Part shown: piece by piece, positions 50,639-64,000 of the stretch | Layout: every line of letters begins with the position of its first letter | How positions within the stretch are numbered: the first letter of the stretch is position 1 | Source: Octopus vulgaris | Taxonomy: Eukaryota | Direction of reading: 5' to 3' | Length of the DNA: 64,000 nt | Assembly (NCBI GenBank): GCA_951406725.2 | Contig: OX597825.1 | Location: forward strand, 60,326,001 to 60,390,000 | Translations under genes and position numbers: made by a program | The notes under the pieces: model-generated | Database searches by the model: none | Told to the model about the DNA's origin: nothing | Seen by the model: only the letters and a program-made list of their open reading frames with translations

Positions 50639-52374
50639 ACACACAAATATAGATATATACATATATGCAAAAATATATGTGTGAATATATATATATATAT
50701 ATATGTATATTTACTTACATGCATGTATATATATACATATACATAGGTAGATGTATATATTTATGTATACATACAGTCCCCAACACACATAAATTCTATT
50801 AATGGTGTTGATGGCCTCACAGATTACAGCAAAATAATATCTCAAGCTAAATTAAGCTTCATAATCGATGCAGATAATTTTAAATAAAAATCACATTTAA
50901 AAAATTCTTTACACATAATGTCTGTGTTGATAGGTTCGTCTAAAAAGCTGAAGGTAGGCACAAATACGAGGAAGCGACAATAGTTGTGCAATAACTTTTC
51001 TGTTAAAATTAAATTGTTTGCCATTCTTCTCAGATGCACTAGCCTAGACCATGGACATCGTCGTAGGAACTGAAGCATATCGACGACTTGTAGTACACAC
51101 TGATGTTTAATAGGTGTTAGACGAAACAGCCAACTATAGTGAATTGTCAGACTATTGTTTATAACATATCTTAGAATAATTTATTTTCACATGGAGCCGC
51201 AAGGAAACATAAACCCTTCTTTATTATATTTCTCTGTTTTACATGGCAAACATTCCAACTTTTTATTGCTTCTAGAGTTGTACAAGAGACTATAGATTTC
51301 CATGTATTCGGCATATGGCCAACTTTGTTATTGTTGTTGACGTCTAGTGTCTGTTCTCCGATTAAGCAGACCGACTTATACTCGAAGGTGTACAAAACTA
51401 ACATATATTTCTGTAAGGCATGGTGTGTGTCTCCATCCTATTTGTCCGCTCTCTGTTGCTAATAGTTGTCATTTAACTACTATAAAGTTTCTATTTCTGA
51501 TGTATTGAGGTTCCAACGTTTGTTATATTAGATACAACTAATTGCTTTTATTGATTACTGTATTAATACTTATACTGTTGAGCCAACGAATTGAAACACA
51601 ACGTCGATTTGCGAGATATATATCAGAACTTAAAGAGGTAGAAATAAGTATATCAAAGTTATATACAATACCAAAATCTCATATTTGTATAAACTGAAGA
51701 AACTTATATTTAAAATACATAGTGAATAAAATTGTTATGGTTTCCACCCTATTTCAGATGATGCATTTTAATGTATTTTATCATTTGTTTTATGCTATAT
51801 TTTTCTTGTCACGCATGCATACTTATATATAAGGGGTTATATGAAAACAAGTGTCTGAAACAATGACATTGCTCTAATACAAATATCTGCGACAATATTA
51901 TACAGTGAGTCTGATCTCATCACAAAGCAGTGTTTATAGCCAATAGCTGAAATTTTTGCATTTTTACTCGTTTAAGTTCTTGAATGCTGTTACACTGCCG
52001 CATTACCTTGATAATTTTTAGCCGATTATGAGGGATGCAGTAGTTATGTGTAAACGTCGTACATATTTTAGAATCACTATTTGTCACAACGCTAAGTTAT
52101 GCAAACATAAACACATGCTCCGTTTGAGAAAAAAAGACAATGCCTCCTTATGAGATATTCATTAAGACGAACACACCCAAACATACGAACACACGAGTAC
52201 ACGCGCATCATTGACTCATATTCTGTGGTAAAATTTTTGAAGTAATATATTTTTATAATACGAATGTGAAATTACTGTAGTATAAACATAACATTTAGAA
52301 TTTTTTTTAAATTGTTGATCCACTTTACGTCCATAGATTTAGCTCCTATATTTTATTTAGAATGAATGTGCATA

Positions 52375-53020
52375 TACGAGGGGAAATCAAAATTTATCCG
52401 TACTTTCGCCTTAACATATCTTTGTTATTGTCACACTGCCTTCTGCGCATGCGTACTTATATTTAATAATATTATGTTCACATGATTGAAGTTTGAGCCT
52501 GATCGGGACATTTTTCATTTTGGCTTTACGGCAATGTACACCAAAGAAGAACAAAGAGCAGTGATCCGATTTCTCTGGTCGAAAGGCGTCTCAGGTGCTG
52601 AAATATATTGGACGCTTTTAGCATAATACCGGATCAGCGCAATATCGCCGAGTAATGTGCATGAGTGGATCGAGAAGTTTAAAAGAGGCCGGACAAGTGT
52701 GACTCACGAAGGTGAAGCAGGACTTCTGTCAACCTCCACCACTGACGAGAAGATTAAACAATCTCGAGAGATGGTAATACTAAACAGGTTCACCATTACC
52801 ATCTTTCGGATCACTGCTCTTCAATCTTCTTTAGTGTACATTGATGGTGGAGCGGCCATGCTTACACTGTAAAGCCAGAAAGTAAAATGGCGCGATCAGG
52901 CTCAAACTTCGATCATGTAGCCACAATAGTACCAACTATAAGCACGCATGCGCATAAGACATTGTGAATATAATGAAGATATATTATGATGGCGAAAGTG
53001 CGGATGACTTGCTTCGTGTA
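52375..53020 (+). mobile_element. Mariner-derived fold-back element made of two inverted 5' ends
   Basis: TA-CGAGGGG start; KEEQRAVIRFLWSKGVSGAEI...VHEWIEKFKRGRTSV; 52807-53020 is an inverted copy of 52377-52570. Confidence 0.88.
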
Positions 53021-53312
53021 TATTCAGGAACCCAGAACGTACTATCTAAATAACTATATATATATGTAAGATATACATTCATGAAATTATGTTTTCAGGC
53101 ATCATGGACTTTGCGGGAAACCGATGGTTTATATTAAAACATTTTAGAAGTACAATGTCAGTGTCAACGTGCCAAATTAGCAGTGTCACAAACAGAGGCG
53201 CTAAAATGCATTCTTGATTTTAAAACAAGTTCTGGGGGTAGTATGAGTAACTAAAAATAGTTGAAGATGACTCAGAATGACCATCACTCCTCTTCCAGTG
53301 AATGTTGCCATG

Positions 53313-53315
<3 letters not shown>

Positions 53316-53407
<92 letters not shown>
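53316..53407. repeat. (TATC)n microsatellite
   Basis: Directly visible; similar tracts at 42312-42390 and 42688-42782. Confidence 0.95.
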
Positions 53408-53549
53408 GGCTGTCTATCTATCTAACTCGCTAACCAACTAAGTACAATGTCTGTGCAAGCAGCTAACAAGGAAGACATTAAGGGATGATACGACTTGTAT
53501 ATATCAGATTTACCTTACCTTCTCCCTCCAGTCTTCTTCATTTTAGTCG

Positions 53550-53668
53550 GATAAATAATAGGCTGTGTGTGTACGAAAACTAGGTTCGACAGATAATAGC
53601 CCGCGTTTGTTTACGAAAGATTAGATTCGATAAACAATAGTCTGTGTGAGTACGAAATACTAGATTGG
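53550..53668. repeat. Degenerate minisatellite of about 39-41 bp, 3 units
   Basis: gataaataataggctgtgtgtgtacgaaaactaggttc / gacagataatagcccgcgtttgtttacgaaagattagattc / gataaacaatagtctgtgtgagtacgaaatactagattg. Confidence 0.7.
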
Positions 53669-54649
53669 CAAGACTTTAGAACCTTTGATCATAGCAAATT
53701 TAGAAAATCCAGAGGTGATCTTGATCGTAAGATTAGATTTAGCATTTTATTATTAATTATTAAATCGTATCTGAAATTTTAAAGTAAAAGTGGATTAAAC
53801 TATAGAACATTTGACACATCCTGTAGTCATTTCTGCAAAATTATCATTTTTTTCCCAGAGTACATATTTATAATAAAAAACTAAACCAACGATTAAATGT
53901 TGGTTTTGGTTGTCCTTTTATGTTTGTTTTCTTTTTATAGAGTCAGAAGTACGCTTCTAGTGAATTGTGAAAGCAATTAACAACTAATAGATAATTGATG
54001 TGTGTAGGTTAAGTCCACATATAATTTATTATTTATTTTCGTTTTTCTTCTTTCTCTCCACCCAACTCATTTCTCACAACTATTTATTTACAATGTAGTC
54101 TCTGACGACAACAACACAACCCACCCCATGAAGAATGTAGACTGTAGAAACTATTTCAAGTCAACAAAACATAATAGAAAAAAAAATAATGATTTTTTTA
54201 CGTCTGATCGAATTTCTCAATGATGTTTTTTTTTTGTTTTCTTTTTCTTGCCCTTTTCATTGTATTTATATTCTAAAAATATAAAATTAAAAATAGACAA
54301 CTTCAATTTAAAACAGTTTCAAAGGATATATTTATGAACCAAAACACCATAACTTCGAAACAGACCTAATCAAAGGACGCACGTTGACTGTATCTATTGA
54401 AGTATTGGGCAAGCAGTGTTCGATAAATTTCTATTGAATTGTAACAACAAAAATAATATCTATATTAATCAATTTTTTTTTTTTGCTCCAAAGCCGTTTG
54501 CCTTCATCGGCGAAATCTCATCACTTATGTAGTTATAGTTCTGAAATGGAATGGTCAATTATTTTCAACGTTTTATGGAATTCAAATAATTCTTGTCGGA
54601 AACATTTCGTTTAGAATCTATATTACAATGTTATACGATTATATGTATG

Positions 54650-54738
<89 letters not shown>
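54650..54738. repeat. Long (TA)n microsatellite (representative; others at 9871-9940, 16133-16215, 36935-37019, 50562-50633, 55728-55803)
   Basis: Directly visible. Confidence 0.95.
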
Positions 54739-54741
<3 letters not shown>

Positions 54742-54959
54742 CATATACGAGTCTCCGGATACGTAGACATATACTGAACTACACATGTTATAAAAACCCG
54801 CGTATATATATATTAAAATTATAATTTAGGGTATCTAAGAGATACCGCTACGCTGTAAATAGCAGCCAAAATCTGACTCTAAAACCACATTAATGTGGTT
54901 TTAATATACATATATATTTTATAATATATATATATTTATACATACGCACACACACACAT

Positions 54960-55032
<73 letters not shown>

Positions 55033-55723
55033 GAGTGTGTAGATATGCACATATATGTATTAATATTTTCATATATGAAAGTGTTACAGAAGTAGCTATA
55101 TGTATACGCGTATATACGTATGCATATATACATATGAATTTTTGTGCGCATGCGTGTTTTGTTTGTGTGCTTGTGTGTGTGTGTGTGTGTCCTCCTCTTA
55201 TAGATATATTCACAATCCGTTGTTTCCTCTAATTCATTTCACATGAACATTGGTCATAGCTCATTGGTCATAGAACACAGAGAGTAGATAAAACTCTCGA
55301 TCTAGCAAATTAAGCTTTATTCTTCGTAGGTCATGCATCTCTAGTTAACGCATGCATACATTCATACGTGCACCCGCACACACATACGCGTGCAAAGTAT
55401 GTTTATATGTGCTAAAGTATATGCTTATATGCGCTTTCCGCAAGCAGTGTCAAGACAATTTGTGTAGATTATTGAAACTTCTTACAACAAAATTGCACAG
55501 GAATGAGATCAAGAGTGTTGAACCGTCTTCAGAAATTGTGATACTTCTGTATTTGTACGAGGTCATATGAATCAATATAAAACAGTTTAGATAACAAATG
55601 ATTTGAATTCCTGAACTATCAAAAAATTTCTTGTAAACTCTGGAAAAGATTAATATACTAACGCACGTGTTGACAGACATAAATAACCGACATAGATGTA
55701 TTCCTCATTTTCTCTGTGTCTCT

Positions 55724-55811
<88 letters not shown>

Positions 55812-56035
55812 CTATGTGTGTATGCATGTAAGTATATATATCTATATGTGTATGTATACACGCATATATCTAAACGAATATATGTGTGTATGTGTCTATA
55901 TATATATATGTATATACATATATATCCATGAGGTTCAAATCTAACCATGAATTTATCTACATGCACAATGAAACACGTATATAAACACACACACACACAC
56001 ACACATACACAACACGCACATATACGTATATGTAT

Positions 56036-56760
56036 ATACGGGCTGTGCGGGCTAAATGTAACGATTATCATGTCTACTTTTTGAGAGATAGCTTCGTTGA
56101 TTGCAAGAAAGTCAAAGGCGTTGGAGAAAAATATGGATTAAAGTTGTAGTTGAGAAACGTTAGCTACCATTGCATACTGGATAAAGTGTCGGCTGTAATA
56201 ATATAGAAAACATGACTGTTGATGAATGCTCTGTGAACCCTATAAAAGCAGTAAGAAATATCATGGACATCACGAAACCAAGGTCACCAAAACTCTGATA
56301 GTCTATGGTTATGACTCTAGTGAGGGTGAGGTCTTGCTGATTCATACATTTGAACAGGACCTTAGACTCAATTCAGAGGTCTGTGTGAAGCTAGTGGAGT
56401 CTGTGATCAATGCCTGGTTGTAGAGGGTTGCTGCTGGAAGCCTGTATGTTTACCAGTAGGATTCGGTTTCTTTCTATACCTTTGGAAAATGTCAGAAATG
56501 GCTGACGGAGAATTGGTACATCTTCACTATCGCCAATTTCTGTTCTCTTAATTCTCCCGATTGCAATCGTAGAGATTACTCTGCGCGATTGAGAAAGACA
56601 ATAACCGCTCTGCCTGCATCATCAGGATCGAGCCGTCGCCCTAGATCAGGAAGGTTTTCAAAGGAAAACATTGAACAACACATGGGCCAGGTTCCAAAGC
56701 GGCTTTGGGGCCGTGGCGGAAGTTGAGGGCGGGTACTTTAAGTAAACTGTTATCTCTCAA
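56036..56760 (+). mobile_element. maT (DD37D) transposon remnant
   Basis: TKVTKTLIVYGYDSSEGEV...RVAAGSLYVYQ*DSVSF...QKWLTENW...NSPDCNRRDY; 37 residues between the last two catalytic Asp positions. Confidence 0.85.
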
Positions 56761-56889
56761 GCTGGAAAGTTTTGATTGTTTTTATCCCAAGCTGATACCA
56801 TTTCCTTCACTGGTGCGTTCACCTTTTGCTTGATGAAGCGTCGCGAGTGCAGGAAGTGAGACATGAAATGGAGCAAGTAATAATCTGAA

Positions 56890-57492
56890 GCAGCTATATT
56901 TTGCAATCCTAACACGCATAAACAGTGTTTAAGTCACGGCCTGCTTCCGGAATCTTTTGGCAAATATGGGCGCTTCGAACACAAGGTAATGCTTTGTGTC
57001 TAGTAGAATTACGAGGAGATAATTCACTACGAGTTTCTTTAGGACGGTCGAACCATCAACGCAAACCTTAACTCGGAACAACTGGAGCGGATGTATGCCA
57101 TTGTGCAGCAAAAATATTCGGCATTGGTTAACAGAAAGCCAGCCATCCCGCAGAAAGACAACGCAAGGCTTCACACCGCTCGAACTATCCGGAATATACT
57201 TCAGGAACTTGACGAAATCTATCTGGTGTCACACTCAGCACATTTGATTATTATTATTTGTTCCGATCCATGGCACACTTCCTGTGCTTGCGAGGCGTCA
57301 TCAACTAAGAGGAAGTGGAAGCTTCTTTGAAGGAGTCTTTAACCTCGAAGGACAAGAACTTGTATCAGCATGAGGTCATAAACTGATAGTAAGGAGGCTC
57401 TGCTATTAATACGAGGTTGCTTTTGATGTAACTAGACGAATAGAGAATAGAAGTTAATCAAAATGTTGCAAAACTTTTGACTCAACACAATA
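56890..57492 (+). mobile_element. Mariner (DD34D-type) transposon 3' remnant
   Basis: KYSALVNRKPAIPQKDNARLHTART...ELDEIYLVSHSA then DYYYLFRSMAHFL; terminal gcaaaacttttgactcaacacaata. Confidence 0.82.
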
Positions 57493-57759
57493 TTATGATT
57501 CTGATTTGTCATACAGGGACGAGTAATCGTTTTCGAGGTCATAATATCTGATTCATATGATTCAGAGTACTACTAACATCGGCAGTGAAGTGGGATTAAT
57601 TCATTGATGTCCTTTACGCTGCAGTCTACTCTCAACGAGGAGATGAAGTGAAAACAGAATAGTAATGAGTAAATGAATGGCAAATAAGCAGGAGTTACAT
57701 CCTCATCTTTTGGTTACAGTTGTTTGACTATAAGGAACTGTGTACCTTAGCTGAGTGGC

Positions 57760-57913
57760 AGTCTTTCTCGTGGTTTCCGTCGATCCTATTCATTCACAAT
57801 GCACAAGTTGATCCTGTTCGAAAATATTTCGCCAAGCTCACACGCAGCGGGCCTGAACCCCGAACCATTTCGCTGCCGAGCCATTTTCTTAACTACACAG
57901 TCATGCCTGCACT
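57760..57913 (-). mobile_element. Degraded SINE family B head region
   Basis: cacgcagcgggcctgaaccccgaaccat...cttaactacacagtcatgcctgc parallels 43670-43731. Confidence 0.55.
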
Positions 57914-60879
57914 CGTATCTAGTGTGTGTCTATGTGTATGTGTGTGTGTTCATCTGTTTTGTGTTTGCGAATCTGTTTTATATGTGCTTCCTAAGTTATG
58001 ATTTAATAAAAATTCAAATAACAATAATTCCTTTTTCTTTGTTTTGTTTTTAATGACAACTAACTCCAGCTAAATAAAGCCATGCTGCGACAATCTGATG
58101 CCGGCAATGTGGATATCAAAAGATGCGTTAGATTATAATGAGGTCGTCGTTGATGTTATATTCCACGACACATGAGAGTCACGACTGTTGAAATAATGAA
58201 AGCAGTATTCAGCCCAAATGGATACATGTTCTCAAGCGAAATCGCTATACCTATTGTATTTCATAGCTGTAGCCATTCAAGCACAACGAAAAGAAATCGT
58301 GACTGCTACGCCATAGTTGGCTGGTGAGGAAAAAGTAGAGCTTTTGTCTGTTGGCACTAGTACGTTACACATACAGCAAAGCGTAGAGAGCGTCGTTGAT
58401 AAGCAGACGAACAATTTTATCAGTATACATCAATGTAAAACTAGTTTACAACTATCTAATCAATGGAACTTTTGCAAAAAAAAAAAAAAAGAAAGTAGAA
58501 AAAACACCATCATCATCAAAATATTCTGTAATGCTGCATTGTTGCAAGATGAATAAATAGTGGGAAGAAATGCATTTAACTACATGAATTCGGAATACAT
58601 TGGAGAAAGAAAATAATCTCTGAAAGGGTACAACTGTTAATAAATGGTGCAAATGGAAATAACAGATTTTTTTTTCTAAAAAGAATTAATTTTTTTTTTC
58701 CTGTTAGATACCCATGTTGAATTAGATACAAAAATCATTTCTCTGACTGCTAAAACAGTGCGACATTTTAACAATTGCAAGTTCATAATATATTTTCATA
58801 ATCATTGTTTTTGATGAAAGCATTTAGTCGTAAAACAATAAGAAAAAATCATTAGCTAATGATTCAATGCTTTCTACATTTAGTGTACAGCTATAGATGA
58901 GTAGTTTCGTGGTTCGCATCATAAACACATGCTTTCTGGTCTAAATCAAAAACTTTACTAAGTAGGTTCTTCCCACGAATAGAAGAAAAGTTTTGAATGT
59001 TATTTGATAGAGTGTAACTCTGTCGAAATCTGTCGAAAGGACTCTGTCTTCTCTCAGTATAAGTCTTTATGTCAATTTACCATCGTCAATGTGTCCATCG
59101 TAAGTTTTACCTATATCCATTATACCACAAGCATTCAGGCCATGTATTCAGGATTATGACACCTTCCAAGAAGTCTCAGACAACCTAAAATAATGGGCTT
59201 TTCATCTCCTTCCCTGAAGAGGCTTTTAACCAATAACATGAAAAAAAAAAAAATACAAGTACTAATATTAGGTACTTACATCCTGTATAAGATAGGATAT
59301 GCAAAGTCACTCGTGGCAAATAGCTCGAATAAAATTACTGAAACATATAGTGTAACAAGGCTGTCGGTGTGTCCTGTTCCTGTCTTTCTCGATCTTAAAT
59401 TATCTCGTATTTTTCACCCTCTTCCTCCCTTTCCATTCTTTGCTGTTGCACAGTAATCTCTTCGAGGTCTACTTATATCTTATATAGCCAGAGGACAAAT
59501 GGTAACGTTCATGTCACTTTTCAGGGCATTGAAGCCTAGTGGATTACATTGAGGAAAGGTGCCATCCTCAAGAGAGGAAACATTGGCTGAATGCTTACAC
59601 TAAAGGTGACACCACAAAATTCAGCCACGGACCACGTTCTGGTGTTAGACCTAGTGACATTAAATCTCCCACACAAGACGAATGATAGACCAGGAAGATA
59701 ATATAAAATATAACAACCTGAGTGCTTTTCTATATGTGTAAAGTTACAAATGAATGAACGGGGTAAATTCTTCGTGGCAATCAACTTACTACAAATAACA
59801 GCTAAATGTTCCTCACATTACACTTCACTACTGTCATAAGATAGAAACCTAAGATGTGGAATGTGATTACTTTCATTTTTTACCAAGTATTTCTCTTCTA
59901 TACAACCTAGACATTGGGCCAAAGGGTATTGCTAATTCTTAATGTCGTTTAGTTTAACCTACTAACTGAAATGTAGCCAGAGTATTACTATCACTTGAAA
60001 TATTTATCTAGACTAATAACACCCTCACGGAAGGAGATTAAGAGGAACATAATCACAAACAGCCTCAAATTTTATTACAGCGGTCGATGCTTCAGAGGTG
60101 ATTCAAGAATCGATACACGACTCTGCCTATCATTATTCTAAGGTTCAAATATATAATTATTACAGATTGTGTCATATTATTTACCAAAAAGGAAGTTCAG
60201 TATTACTTTTAGTATATAAATAAGATAAACACCCATCCTCAAGCCCATTTTTACCACAAATGAATACAAATATGCATATGCGTATATAGGTGCGTGCATC
60301 AGTATACAGTCGTATATGTGTGTACATGTGTGTGTTTCATGTAATTGTATTGCTTCATTGTTTACATATTATGTAACGTATTACGTTCCGCAATATAAAT
60401 TTATGATAAGTTTTTGTGTTAAAGTAACACTAAAATCTCCGCGTAAATATTTAATTATGACACTCAGAAAGGCATTATTACAAATCAGCTTGATATTGTC
60501 ATTGTCCATTCATAACGTATAGTTAAAGTCAAATAATGTATTCAACCAGAGGATGCAAGGTGTTGATTCAGAGACATCATGCTATCTCTAACGCTGTATA
60601 AGAGCTGCCTACGTTAGCGACTATACTGGGCGTTGTTTGGTGGTATGTTCATGCTGGAGAATTACAGTAGTGTAATAGTCAAATATCTATCGTAGTAGTC
60701 GTGGCAGTGATTACTGCTGTAGAAACAGAAATGTATGTTATTATATTGTTGTGGTTGCTGTTGCAGATTTTGCTGTTGCTTTTGATGTCGCTGTACTGCT
60801 ATTTTTTTTCCATCAGACCTAACTACAATCGTTTCTTTTGGCTTTTAGCCATAGAGTACAGAAATGTATATAGTACAAG

Positions 60880-61435
60880 CAATATTTCAATGCTTTTCTC
60901 GTAATGTATGTTCTGAGAAAGAAAATTTGGTTGGACAACCAATCGGAGGTTGCCCGTAGATTGCTCTTGTATTTGGTAATGCGTATTCATTCGGAGATAA
61001 TATGTCTTATGGACCTAATGTGTTAAATAAAACAACAGCAGTGGCTGTAATGTTATATGCTCATTTCGGGCGTGTATTATTTAGCTAAATATGATACACA
61101 GATCCCTATTGCCATCATCACTTGACCCGTTAGTGCTTTCAAATGTATTCATTATGCAGCAAGCATTTAACGCAAGTCTCAAAACCTATAAAGTATTCTT
61201 TATACCTATAAAGTATTCTTTTAATCTTATTCTGCTTGCGTTGCACATCACGAATTTTGTTCAGCTGGCTGGATAATTGTGATTACTGCTTTAGCACCTA
61301 ACTGCAGAGAGATTTTGCCAAAGGATGCGGTTACTAGCAGCTAGAAGGTGCTGACGAGATGTTTTTAAGATATTTGATTGGCGTCTGTTATTCCGTAAGG
61401 TTATTTTTTCAATCAGAATTTTCATTTTTGGGCTT

Positions 61436-61437
<2 letters not shown>
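60880..61437 (-). mobile_element. Possible very degraded Penelope-like fragment
   Basis: Minus strand QSPKMKILIEKITLRNNRRQSNILK resembles the segment ending RQPKNLK at 44230; the remainder is heavily decayed. Confidence 0.35.
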
Positions 61438-61489
<52 letters not shown>

Positions 61490-61490
<1 letters not shown>

Positions 61491-62045
61491 GCTGTTGTTT
61501 ATGAGTTTTGATTAAGTTAAATGTGGTTGGTTCATCTTTAAGTGTCTGCGTGATGATTATACATTAACTGGTCTCGTCTGTGGGCCTGGAGTGATTCTAG
61601 TTAGACTAATGATAAGAAGAACCAAGTACATTTAACGCGACTGTTGCAACCTTTATTGCAACCTTTATAGATAAAATACATCACAGATGTTTTACATATT
61701 GCCAAGTAGCTGGTTTTGATAATTCATGGCTTGGCTCTGTGTGCTATGTAGCGTAGTTCTGTGGTGTGGGAAGCGTAGTTCTGTGTTCTGGGCAGCATAG
61801 TTCTATGTTCTGGGCATTGCAGTTGATCGGAAGATGTTTGCTTGGCTTGTGATCCCGTCTCTATCTCCTCTCTCTGCTCTGTAGCGTAAGGGATCGTTTT
61901 TTATATAATGGGTGGTAAGCAGGAAAAGAATCTTTCTGCGTTGGGTAATAATTGTTGGTCACACACCGATTGGCTAGTTAAAGCCATCCAATCTTTGTAA
62001 CGGATTTAGTAGAAACTTAACCGCGTAATAAAATGTGGACAATAC
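61490..62045 (-). mobile_element. Candidate solo LTR
   Basis: Minus-strand TATATAAAA (about 61898-61906), then 22-bp tandem repeats, then AATAAA (61652-61657); termini and TSD not resolved. Confidence 0.3.
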
Positions 62046-63288
62046 CGAAATACGCCAATTTGATAGAATTTTAAAGCTAGATATCTGAGCAGACAATATA
62101 CATCCGACATACTTCCTGTGTGTAGGAAGAATATTGTCTACTCAGCTTTTTTTGTATATTGTCTACACACACATATTGTATATGTGTATATACAAGTATA
62201 TTGTCTACACACACACGCATATATATATATGTACGTGCGTATGTATGTGTGTCAGTGTCGCTGTATTTGTGTATGTATGTAAGTATGCATTTATTTAAGA
62301 AACATTTTAGTATAGAAAAATAAATAAAACAAGGTCTGAACTACTGGGGAAGGATCGATCTCCTGAACTGCTTTTCATAACCAAATATCAACACCCCAAT
62401 GATCACATTAAAAACTATCACTTCTCTGTCTCCCAATTAAGTGTTAGAGACGATTGCCTATTTTAAAAGACGATGTATCATAAAAGATAGCGTCCTAGCT
62501 TCGATTCTCATAATGAGACGAGACGAACGATCGTATTGATATCATGCTCCATTCCATTTCATAAGCGGAATAAATACTTAGACATTTATGAATACCCCAT
62601 TTTTTCTGCAAGTGCCAATTTACATACAGACACACACACACACAGACACAGACACACACACAGACACACACACAGACACACACACACACAGAGACTCACA
62701 CACATACACACATACGCACAGGCACACATGTACAGTCTTTTTTTTGGCCAAACACTAAATTTAAGCAATCAGGGACGGGAAAACAACTATTATAAAAACA
62801 ACTATTTTGAGATATACGTAATTCAATTAGGATTATCTATGTCTCCACCATACACTGCCATTTTAAACATATATGTAAATAAGAACGCTGATACAAATCA
62901 GGGAAACTTAATGAACAACATCGCCATATATATATATTTCATTACACTTAGTCATACATAGATACAAAACAAATACACACAAATATGTGTGTGCATATAT
63001 GTGTGTATATATATATATATGTGTGTGTGTGTTTGTGTGCGTGTAGATATAGGTTTGGGTGTGCGTGTGCATGTGTCTACGGGTGAATTTCTATGTGAGT
63101 AGTTTTCTCTGCGTGTGCGAGTGTTGATGAATAAAAATATATATTAAGAAGCCTAGAATATTATACACGTGTATGTCTGTATGTAATAAAATGCCATACC
63201 AATAGATACATATAAATAGCTATCTAACTAGTTGTATGTATATATACATAAATATGCATATATATATTATGTATATATATATTTATAT

Positions 63289-63321
<33 letters not shown>

Positions 63322-64000
63322 CACATATATGTATATATATTATATATGTGTGTATGTGTGTATGAGTGCATGTATGTGTGTATTAGTGTGTGTTTGTGTG
63401 TGCGTTTGTGAGAGTGTGTGTATGTAAACACAAATGCGTGTTCGTTTTTTTGTGATTATGTGTATTTTTGAGCGTAAAACATTTCTGTATTTTATACTTA
63501 ATTTGAAATGATGTTTTATTATTACTAGCAATAATTCAATGAACAACTTAGAGTGCGGCAGACCATGAGAAAATCTTATATTAATTATGTATAATCATAT
63601 TTCCAAACTGATTGTGTTATGGCATAATATTCCACTGTATCAGATATAGAATGTCTTTTTTTTTCTTTGTATAGACGACTTCCTGATATATACGTACGTG
63701 CACACACACACACGCACACGCACGCACACACACATATATATATATATATACATATATTTCCACACCAACTCCTCCATACATATATAAACATATGAGCATA
63801 TATATACATATATAGATACATATATATGTACACATAAATATATAATATATATATATATATATGTATATATACACATATATAGATACATATAGATACATAC
63901 ATACATATATATATATACATATATATACACATATATATGCATATATGTATGTATATATGCATATATGTGTATATATGTATATGTATACACACAGACATAT

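Noticed and set aside
51095-51145. CUGAUG...GAAAC with a 6-bp stem
   Set aside because: The core lacks two conserved positions and has no UH site or convincing helix I
53550-53668. CRISPR-like periodicity (also 61750-61816)
   Set aside because: Units are contiguous tandem repeats without unique spacers, there are no cas genes, and the context is eukaryotic
59205-59250. CUGAAGA-GG...CC motif
   Set aside because: GAAA is absent and there is no helix I partner

Overview
AT-rich eukaryotic (animal) DNA with no recognisable host protein-coding exon. The very high load of (TA)n/(CA)n/(CATA)n/(TATC)n microsatellites and the tRNA-headed SINE families look like a coleoid cephalopod, most likely Octopus (recognition, not a database result). 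Nearly all listed ORFs are microsatellite artefacts. The remainder is a transposon graveyard: several SINE families (some with clean TSDs), CR1-type and RTE LINEs, an R4/Dong-like LINE end, Penelope-like elements (GIY-YIG), an RT-less Mag-type Gypsy with a nested RTE, mariner/maT remnants including a fold-back derivative, a piggyBac end and head-to-tail non-autonomous Helitrons. The most interesting layer is non-coding: several minimal type I hammerhead ribozyme folds with palindromic helix III sit in Penelope-type tails embedded in (TA)n tracts. These include a canonical GUC copy (17531-17600, minus), a copy at a Penelope 3' end (45186-45230), a compensatory U3-A8 core variant inside a 300-bp palindrome (24483-24776) and a repeated A6-to-U variant family. 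All translations, alignments and folds were done by eye, and boundaries of degraded elements are approximate.
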